Below are positions 36,197-42,982 of a DNA stretch of 52,969 bases, piece after piece. Both the position numbers and the translations under genes were made by a program. This DNA is from Candidatus Omnitrophota bacterium (GTDB lineage: Bacteria; Omnitrophota; Gorgyraeia; Gorgyraeales; Gorgyraeaceae), in the NCBI GenBank assembly GCA_026387235.1, contig JAPLMD010000044.1, positions 1 to 52,969 of the forward strand, in the 5' to 3' direction. A model generated the notes under the pieces. That model had not been told where the DNA came from. It did not search any database and worked only from the letters and a program-made list of their open reading frames with translations. How positions within the stretch are numbered: the stretch's first letter is position 1; each line of letters opens with the position of its first letter.

Positions 36197-36384
36197 ATGA
36201 AGCAGGCTGGGGCCATTCGGCACTGAAAGAGTTTCGCCGTGCGCTACGGTTTACGGCTCATTTTTATACCGAAGGTAGTCTTGACGGTATAAAAACTTCG
36301 CCGTAATTCCTTGCGCACTTAGTATTAAGAATGCTATTAATGCCGAAACTTTTCTGAGGTGCCTCAGGTCCCATCCTGCTTCAT
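36197..36384 (+). repeat. rod-like structured intergenic repeat, long form, copy A
   Basis: Termini ATGAAGCAGGCTGGGGCC / GGTCCCATCCTGCTTCAT are inverted. Internal nested stems are TTTTTATACCG/CGGTATAAAAA, TTACGGC/GCCGTAA and GTGCGC/GCGCAC. It is homologous to 49332..49429 and, inverted, to 52776..52952. Confidence 0.85.
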
Positions 36385-36395
36385 TAAAGTTTATT

Positions 36396-37745
36396 ATGGA
36401 TTACAGAGATACTATAGACTATATTAACTCCTTCATAAATTTCGAAAAGATACCCAAATACCAATATGCTTCTGCATTTAAACTGGAGCGGATGAACGCT
36501 ATTTTAGAGGAATTAGGCAACCCTCATAAAGATTTGAATATTATTCATGTCGCAGGCTCTAAGGGCAAAGGGTCTACGTGCGCTATTGCAGCTTATATCT
36601 TAAAAGAAGCCGGGTATAAGGTTGGGCTGTATACTTCTCCGCACCTTGTTGATTTCAAGGAGAGAATAAGAATACTTAATGACGGGCCGGATGGTCCGAG
36701 AGAATTTGAAGGCATGATAGGCGAAGAAGAAGTTAATGAGATCTTAAAAGAAATAAAACCTGTTGCGGAAAATTTCAGAGAACATAGGACTCTGGGCAAG
36801 GCGTCTTTTTTTGAGATCTTGACAGCGTGCGCTTTTTTATATTTTAAAAAAAGACAAGTTGATATAGCGGTTTTGGAGGTAGGCCTTGGAGGAAGGCTTG
36901 ACGCGACGAATGTCGCAATGCCTTTAGTATCCGGAATAACAAATATCAGCTTGGAACATACTGATAAACTAGGCAATACTCTGGCCAAGATTGCGTATGA
37001 AAAGGCAGGAATTATAAAAGAGCATAGTTTAGTTGTTAGCGCTTCTCAGGAAACAGAAGCAATGGATGTCATAAGAAAAGTTTGCATTAAAAGAGATGCT
37101 GAATTATACGAGATTGGAAAAGATATTAAATATTCTATTTTAAATTCAGGTGAAAAAGGCCAGGTTTTTGATTTGAAAGGGCCCGAGTATTCTTATAAAA
37201 ATCTGGAAGTGAGTTTAATAGGTGTCCACCAGATTGAAAATGCTTCTATCGGCATAGGCATGCTTAAGCTTATGGATCCGGATAGGTTTAATATAAGAGA
37301 AAACGATATAAGAGAAGGGTTAAAGAAGGTATCTTGGTCCGGGAGATTGCAGGTAATCCAGAGAAGTCCATACATAGTTTTAGACGGAGCTCATAATTTA
37401 GTCAGCGCGACTGCATTGGCAGATTCCATAAAGAAACTATTCAGTTACAGGAAGTTGATATGCGTATTTGGGATATCAAGCGACAAGGATATAAAAGGCG
37501 TGAGTAGCGTTTTAGATATAATCAGTGATATAATAATTCTGACTCAAGCAAAGAACAATCCAAGGGCAGAAGATGTATCAAGGTTAAAACAAAATTTTAG
37601 AAATTCAAGGCCAGGCCTTGAAGAAAGCAGCAATATAGAAGAAGCTATGCAGAAGGCATTGAGGCTTGCGGATAAAGATGATTTAATATTAGTTACCGGT
37701 TCATTGTTTATTGTCGGCGAGGCAATGGCGCGGTTAAAAATGTAA
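36396..37745 (+). CDS. folC: bifunctional folylpolyglutamate synthase / dihydrofolate synthase
   Basis: Mur-ligase P-loop HVAGSKGKGST, YTSPHL, and the LEVGLGGRLDATN motif typical of FolC. Confidence 0.9.
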   Translation: MDYRDTIDYINSFINFEKIPKYQYASAFKLERMNAILEELGNPHKDLNIIHVAGSKGKGSTCAIAAYILKEAGYKVGLYTSPHLVDFKERIRILNDGPDGPREFEGMIGEEEVNEILKEIKPVAENFREHRTLGKASFFEILTACAFLYFKKRQVDIAVLEVGLGGRLDATNVAMPLVSGITNISLEHTDKLGNTLAKIAYEKAGIIKEHSLVVSASQETEAMDVIRKVCIKRDAELYEIGKDIKYSILNSGEKGQVFDLKGPEYSYKNLEVSLIGVHQIENASIGIGMLKLMDPDRFNIRENDIREGLKKVSWSGRLQVIQRSPYIVLDGAHNLVSATALADSIKKLFSYRKLICVFGISSDKDIKGVSSVLDIISDIIILTQAKNNPRAEDVSRLKQNFRNSRPGLEESSNIEEAMQKALRLADKDDLILVTGSLFIVGEAMARLKM

Positions 37746-37760
37746 CATAGCGAAGCTGTT

Positions 37761-39182
37761 ATGAGTAATATTTACTTAAATGATACGATTGTGGCGATTT
37801 CAACGCCTATAGGAGAAGGCGGCATAGGGATTGTCCGTTTAAGCGGCAGGGAAAGCCTGGAACTTGCGGATAAAATATTTCTGTCTAAAGAGGGTAAAAA
37901 ACCTTCGGAATTCAAGACGTATACGGTTCATTACGGTCATATTATAGAAAAAGACACCAAGACACCAAGACACCAAGACACCAAAATTGTGGATGAAGTG
38001 ATACTGACTGTTATGCGGGCACCGAGAAGTTATACTAAGGAAAATGTGGTTGAGATAAATTGCCATAGCGGCATAGCGCCGCTCAAAAAGATAATGGATT
38101 TGTGCTTGGTTAATGGGGCCAGGCTTGCAGAGCCGGGAGAGTTTACTAAAAGGGCATTTTTAAACGGGAGGATAGATATACTTCAGGCAGAGGCAGTTCT
38201 GGATATAATAAAGGCAAAAACAGAACTTTCGCTGAGATCTGCGTTGAATAATCTGGAAGGCCTTTTTTCCAAAAAGATAAATGAGATAAGGAAAAAGCTG
38301 ATTGAAATATATGTCCACATGGAGGCTTCTATAGATTTTTCAGAAGATGACCTGCGGGGCATTAAAATAAGCAGGATCTTTAAAAAATTGAATATTATAA
38401 AAAATGAGATAGAAAAACTTGTTTCGAATTCTAATCAGGGCAGGATTTTACGGCAGGGTATAAAAACAGTCATATGCGGAAGCCCTAACGTAGGCAAATC
38501 CAGTCTCATGAATGCCATATTAAAGGAATCTAGATCTATTGTTACGCATATTCCTGGAACTACAAGGGATACAATAGAAGAGATTGTAAATATCAGGGGG
38601 ATTCCTGTGACGCTTGTGGATACGGCAGGCATAACTGATACAGACCATTTGGTAGAAAAAGAAGGCATAAGAAGAAGCCGCATTTATTTAAGAAACGCAG
38701 ATTTGATTTTACTGGTTCTGGATTGGTCCAGGAGGCTGAATAAAGATGATGTGGATATAATAAAGAAAATAAGGGATAATAGTAAGGAAGCGATAGTGGT
38801 TATAAATAAGGTAGATCTCAAAAGAAAATTGGATATTAAAAAGGTTAAAAGATTTTTTCCAAAGAGTTATTTTGCGCATATATCTGCTTTGAATCTGAAA
38901 GGCGTTGACAATCTGGAAGACGGAATCAAAGATATAGTTTGGAAAGGCAAGGCTCCGGGAGCAGGTTTTATAGGCGCTTCAAATGAAAGACAATTGGATA
39001 TTCTAAGGCGCTGCGCTTCAGATATAAATGAAGCTATGGCGGCGCATAAGAGCGGGTTATTCATGGATTGCACAAGCGTTTATGTAAGATCTTCTATAGA
39101 AAGTCTTGGAGAAATAACAGGCCAGACAATAACAGACGAAACGCTGGATAAGATATTTTCAGAGTTTTGTATCGGTAAATAA
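37761..39182 (+). CDS. mnmE: tRNA modification GTPase MnmE (TrmE)
   Basis: N-terminal [23 protein letters not shown] domain [21 protein letters not shown], and the C-terminal FCIGK motif. Confidence 0.95.
   Translation: MSNIYLNDTIVAISTPIGEGGIGIVRLSGRESLELADKIFLSKEGKKPSEFKTYTVHYGHIIEKDTKTPRHQDTKIVDEVILTVMRAPRSYTKENVVEINCHSGIAPLKKIMDLCLVNGARLAEPGEFTKRAFLNGRIDILQAEAVLDIIKAKTELSLRSALNNLEGLFSKKINEIRKKLIEIYVHMEASIDFSEDDLRGIKISRIFKKLNIIKNEIEKLVSNSNQGRILRQGIKTVICGSPNVGKSSLMNAILKESRSIVTHIPGTTRDTIEEIVNIRGIPVTLVDTAGITDTDHLVEKEGIRRSRIYLRNADLILLVLDWSRRLNKDDVDIIKKIRDNSKEAIVVINKVDLKRKLDIKKVKRFFPKSYFAHISALNLKGVDNLEDGIKDIVWKGKAPGAGFIGASNERQLDILRRCASDINEAMAAHKSGLFMDCTSVYVRSSIESLGEITGQTITDETLDKIFSEFCIGK
37952..37983. 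repeat. octanucleotide tandem repeat (AGACACCA)x4 inside the mnmE coding sequence
   Basis: Perfect units are at 37952, 37960, 37968 and 37976. They are read in frame as [12 protein letters not shown], and there is no adjacent inverted arm. Confidence 0.9.
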
Positions 39183-39208
39183 GTGAAGACATAACTTACG
39201 GAGGCTGT

Positions 39209-39766
39209 ATGGATAAGAATAAGATTAAAAAAGCAGTGAGGATGATTTTGGAAGGCGTTGGGGAGGATGCGGACAGAGATGACCTTAAGAAAACGCCTGA
39301 GAGAGTGGCTGAGATGTACGCTGAGATATTCAGCGGTATTTCTAAAGATCCCGCAAGAGAATTGGAAGTGCTTTTGGCTGAAAAGCACGATGAGATAGTG
39401 CTTTTGAAAGACATATCTTTATATTCCGTGTGCGAGCATCATCTTTTGCCCTTTATAGGCAAAGCCCACATTGCTTACATACCTAAAAATAACAGGGTTA
39501 CGGGATTAAGCAAGATAGCCAGGGTCGTAGAGATCCTTTCAAAAAGATTGCAGGTCCAGGAAAGGCTTACTACCGAGATAGCTGAAATATTAATGAAAAA
39601 ATTAAAACCGATGGGAGTTATGGTTATTATAGAAGCAGAACATCTATGTATGAGCATGAGAGGCGTTAAGAAATCGGGCGTTCTTACTGTTACAAGCGCA
39701 GTAAGAGGCGTTTTTAAGGAAAATCATAAGACTAGGGCAGAGGCATTAGCTCTTATAAAAAGCTGA
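39209..39766 (+). CDS. folE: GTP cyclohydrolase I
   Basis: GGAGG SD and the motif [20 protein letters not shown]. 185 aa, typical of FolE type 1. Confidence 0.95.
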   Translation: MDKNKIKKAVRMILEGVGEDADRDDLKKTPERVAEMYAEIFSGISKDPARELEVLLAEKHDEIVLLKDISLYSVCEHHLLPFIGKAHIAYIPKNNRVTGLSKIARVVEILSKRLQVQERLTTEIAEILMKKLKPMGVMVIIEAEHLCMSMRGVKKSGVLTVTSAVRGVFKENHKTRAEALALIKS

Positions 39767-39780
39767 TAAGTAAAAGATAT

Positions 39781-41109
39781 ATGCGTAAAAAATGGCTTAT
39801 AGCCTTATTATTCTTGATAGCTGTTGGCCTGATTACATGGATTAGTATTAAACAAAAACCTCTCTATAGAGCCGGCTCTACTGTTGTTTTGGATATAGTA
39901 AATCCGGAAAGCTTAGGAGCGAAAGATATTTTAAAATCAAGAAAAACAGATTATTTTGCCTATAAGGCCTATATAGAAACGCAGCGGGAAATAATAAAAT
40001 CCAGGCGCGCCGCGTACCATGTTATAAAAAACCTTGGGCTAAGAAATAAAGAGGCGTTCAATGCGGAAAAAGATCCTATAGGAGACCTGCTTAAAAAATT
40101 AAAAGTAGATGTTGTAAAAGGCACGTGGGTTATAAGGATAAACGTAGAGGACGAGGATCCTAAAGAAGCCAGCCGCATGGCAAATGAATTTGCCAGGGTG
40201 TATGTCAATTCTAATCTGAGCCGCATACAAACAAACAATAGCCGAGTGCAGGATTTTGCAGACGTTCCTGCGGAACCTGTCGGGCCTAATAAAAGGTTGA
40301 GCATAATAGTTTCTGTAATATTGGGTATTGCCGGCTGGAGCAGTATAATTTTTTTCAGAAAACCCAATGACGGCGCGATTAAAAATCCAGACGACATAGC
40401 GGTTTTGCTTCAATTACCTGTATTGGGTTCTGTGCCTAAAATTAAGCCGGACGGGCAAAATTTGAAGACGAAGGCAGATATAGACAGGGTGGTTGAAAAG
40501 AATCCAGTGTGCATGGCTTCCGAGGCGTATCGTTCAATAAGGGCTAAACTGTTGTTTTCATTGAATAATGCCGGTTCTATTGCGAAAAGCATAGTTATAA
40601 CAAGTTCCGCGCTGAAAGAAGGGAAGACAATCAGCGCGGTAAATTTAGCGATAATGATAGCGCATAGCGGAGAAAGCGTGCTTCTTGTGGATGTTAATAT
40701 GAAAAGGCCGAGAGTTCATACTGTATTCAATATGAATAATGACATAGGGTTTGCTAATTACCTTTCAGGAGAAGCGGATTTCGACAGTATCGTTAAATAT
40801 CCCGGGATTGACAATTTATCTATTGTTACCTCCGGAGACAGCTCTTATAAACCTGTTGAATCTATTTCTTCAAAAAATGCAAAGCTTTTTTTGGAAAAAG
40901 CAAGTACGGGATTTTCAAAGGTAATATTTGACGCGCCTTCTGTCGCGTTCCTTGCAAATGCGGCGACATTATTAAATATTTGCGACGGCGTAGTGCTTAT
41001 AGCTGAAAACAATAAAACCCCAAAGAATATTTTAGATAACTCAAAGGAATTATTACATAAGAGGGGTGCGAATATAATAGGAGTTATATTAAACAACGTT
41101 TCATTTTAA
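39781..41109 (+). CDS. polysaccharide co-polymerase (Wzz-like) fused to a BY-kinase-type P-loop domain, lacking a C-terminal Tyr cluster
   Basis: Two TM helices flank a periplasmic helical region. Walker A-like SALKEGKT, Walker A' VLLVDVNMKRP and Walker B VIFDAPS are present. The C terminus (...GVILNNVSF) has no tyrosine run. Confidence 0.7.
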   Translation: MRKKWLIALLFLIAVGLITWISIKQKPLYRAGSTVVLDIVNPESLGAKDILKSRKTDYFAYKAYIETQREIIKSRRAAYHVIKNLGLRNKEAFNAEKDPIGDLLKKLKVDVVKGTWVIRINVEDEDPKEASRMANEFARVYVNSNLSRIQTNNSRVQDFADVPAEPVGPNKRLSIIVSVILGIAGWSSIIFFRKPNDGAIKNPDDIAVLLQLPVLGSVPKIKPDGQNLKTKADIDRVVEKNPVCMASEAYRSIRAKLLFSLNNAGSIAKSIVITSSALKEGKTISAVNLAIMIAHSGESVLLVDVNMKRPRVHTVFNMNNDIGFANYLSGEADFDSIVKYPGIDNLSIVTSGDSSYKPVESISSKNAKLFLEKASTGFSKVIFDAPSVAFLANAATLLNICDGVVLIAENNKTPKNILDNSKELLHKRGANIIGVILNNVSF

Positions 41110-41110
41110 C

Positions 41111-41213
41111 GGGTCCCTTTCGCAAAATAGGCCCTTCGGCAGCTAAAATGCTCGCTTTGCTCGCATTTCTTTACGCTGCCTCAGGATCAAATTTGTTTCA
41201 CAAATTTGGGAGG
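41111..41213 (+). promoter_or_regulatory. two-hairpin SD-proximal leader element, copy 5 (expanded variant)
   Basis: GGGTCCCTTTCGC..., then GGCCC-TTC-GGCAGC...GCTGCC-TCA-GGATC, then CAAATTTG-tttca-CAAATTTG-GGAGG, then the ATG at 41219. It starts 2 nt after the preceding stop. Confidence 0.65.
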
Positions 41214-41218
41214 ACAGA

Positions 41219-41770
41219 ATGAGATTACTTATGTTGGTTACATTGTTTTCTTTTATTGCAGGATGTTCGTCCGGCAATAGCAATGCTGAAAATAAGATCG
41301 TTGCGCAGATAAATAAATACAAGATGACGGCGGGAGATCTCAGGTATGAATTTAAAAATGCCTCGTACGATGAAATAGAACGCATAAAAACAGAAAACGG
41401 AAGAAAACAATACCTGGAGAGCTTTATAGAGAAAGAGGTGCTCTTGCAAGAGGCGCAGCGTCAGGGCGTAGACAAAGAAAAGGCATTTATGAAGAGTATC
41501 GAAAATTACTGGGAACAGGCGCTTCTAAAGACGTTGCTGGAAAGAAAGAGCAGGGAGATTTCAGGCATAATCCATGTTTATGATAATGAGATAGAGGACT
41601 ATTGCAGGGATTTCGGAGAAGGCGCGAGTTTTTCAAAAGTTAAGAATGAAATAAGAGGCATGATAAAGAAGAAGAAAGAAGAAGATGCGATGAACGCGTG
41701 GATAAATGAGCTGAAAAACAAGGCTTATATAAAGATAGATGAAAACGCTGCAAAGGATGCTTTTAAATAA
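41219..41770 (+). CDS. lipoprotein with SurA-N-terminal-like chaperone domain
   Basis: Lipobox IAGC. The helical domain pattern (KINKYKMTAGDL..., LESFIEKEVLLQEAQRQG) is as in SurA/PrsA N-terminal domains, and no PPIase domain is present. Confidence 0.5.
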   Translation: MRLLMLVTLFSFIAGCSSGNSNAENKIVAQINKYKMTAGDLRYEFKNASYDEIERIKTENGRKQYLESFIEKEVLLQEAQRQGVDKEKAFMKSIENYWEQALLKTLLERKSREISGIIHVYDNEIEDYCRDFGEGASFSKVKNEIRGMIKKKKEEDAMNAWINELKNKAYIKIDENAAKDAFK

Positions 41771-41788
41771 TACACGGAGGGTATCTAT

Positions 41789-42385
41789 ATGGGTTATAAA
41801 CGAAAGCAATATTTTATAAACAAGACATTTCAATCGGAATTTATAGTAAAATTCTGTGGCCTTGTGATAATGGGGTCGGTCGTGTTTGGCATAATATTAT
41901 ACCTGTTTTCTAAGCACGCTCTTACGACATCTTTTGAAAATTCCAGGCTCGTGATTAAAAGCACGGCTGATTATATTTTCCCTGGGCTTTTGTTCGGCGG
42001 GGTAATAACTGCGATAATTACAGCCCTGGCAGCCGGCGCGGTTGTAATACTTATGACTCACAGGATAGCGGGCCCGATGTACAGGTTTGAAAGATATATA
42101 AATGAAATAGGATCCGGCAGGCTTTATTCTGATTTAAAAATCAGGAAAAAGGATCAATTCCAGAACATGGCAGGCTCTTTAAACAAGATGACGCATGATC
42201 TTAAGCTCGGGCTTCTGGAAGTAAACGATGTTTCTGATGAGCTGGATAAACTTATAGAAGAGCTTTCCGCGAGCTCAAGCAGGGAAATTCTCTTAAGAGA
42301 AGACATAAAAAGAATAGTCGGCGAACTGAAAAAAGATAAGCAGAATCTGTCAAGGGCGCTGGAGCATTTTAAAATTAAAATATGA
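41789..42385 (+). CDS. two-TM membrane protein with HAMP-like domain
   Basis: GGAGGG SD and two hydrophobic helices, then HRIAGPMYRFERYINEIGSGRLYSDLKIRKKDQFQNMAGSLNKM (HAMP pattern) and a short coiled coil. Confidence 0.6.
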   Translation: MGYKRKQYFINKTFQSEFIVKFCGLVIMGSVVFGIILYLFSKHALTTSFENSRLVIKSTADYIFPGLLFGGVITAIITALAAGAVVILMTHRIAGPMYRFERYINEIGSGRLYSDLKIRKKDQFQNMAGSLNKMTHDLKLGLLEVNDVSDELDKLIEELSASSSREILLREDIKRIVGELKKDKQNLSRALEHFKIKI

Positions 42386-42933
42386 AGCGTAGAATATTTT
42401 TTATTATAGTTTGTATCAGCTTGTGCGGTAATATGGTTTATGCTCAGGAAGAAAATAGGGGCGTGTTTTCTTCAAAGTTTTGCACTATTTTTTATGATAA
42501 TGATGTAGATTTGAAAAAGGTGAATAGGAACATAAAACTCGGTTTTTCTGATTTTTACAGCCCAAGGACTTATAAGAAAAGCGCAGGGCTTTCAACGGAG
42601 GATATGATATCCGATAAATTCGACGCTATTTTCAACAAAGCAGAAGAGATACTTGACATGTATCCTGCGAGGATTCATGTGGCAATCAATATATATAAAA
42701 GGCAGGAAGATATGAATAAGGTATATGAAGAATTTTTTAATGAGCCGAATAAGGCGGTTTCTTTCTATATATACAAGACAAATACTATTTATACCGTTGA
42801 ATCCCAGTTAAATGAGAACATACTTGCTCACGAGATGGCGCATTGTATAATAGATCACTATTTTGTCATCTTGCCTCCCAGGAAGATTCAGGAAATACTA
42901 TCCGGTTACGTAGATTTGCACCTGAAATATTAG
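42382..42933 (+). CDS. secreted HExxH protein (putative peptidase-MA-like metalloprotease)
   Basis: Overlaps the upstream gene by 4 nt. It has a signal peptide (..MVYA|QEE) and the motif ILAHEMAHCIIDH. Confidence 0.5.
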   Translation: MKRRIFFIIVCISLCGNMVYAQEENRGVFSSKFCTIFYDNDVDLKKVNRNIKLGFSDFYSPRTYKKSAGLSTEDMISDKFDAIFNKAEEILDMYPARIHVAINIYKRQEDMNKVYEEFFNEPNKAVSFYIYKTNTIYTVESQLNENILAHEMAHCIIDHYFVILPPRKIQEILSGYVDLHLKY

Positions 42934-42947
42934 CGGACGATTCGCCC

Positions 42948-42976
42948 TTGAACTGAAATATTGTGTGTGATACAAT
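42948..42976 (+). promoter_or_regulatory. sigma70-like promoter of the histidine kinase gene (possibly giving a leaderless mRNA)
   Basis: TTGAAC (42948-53), 17-nt spacer, TACAAT (42971-76) with an extended -10 TG. The ATG at 42983 lies 7 nt after the -10 and has no SD. Confidence 0.5.
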
Positions 42977-42982
42977 CTATCC

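Noticed and set aside
36270-36320. An outward or internal promoter within the long repeat (TTGACG/TTGACA, then 17-18 nt, then TAATTC/TAATCC).
   Set aside because: The -10 candidates are poor, and the TTGAC lies in the apical loop of the predicted hairpin, so it is probably fortuitous.
36197-36384. Copy A of the rod-like repeat as a 6S RNA gene. It has the right size and a long hairpin with an internal bulge, and it sits next to folate genes as ssrS does in E. coli.
   Set aside because: The sequence is multi-copy in both orientations and has a ~98-nt deletion derivative. Only one strand of the bulge is unpaired, and I see no obvious own promoter or terminator. The idea is kept only as something to exclude with an Rfam scan.
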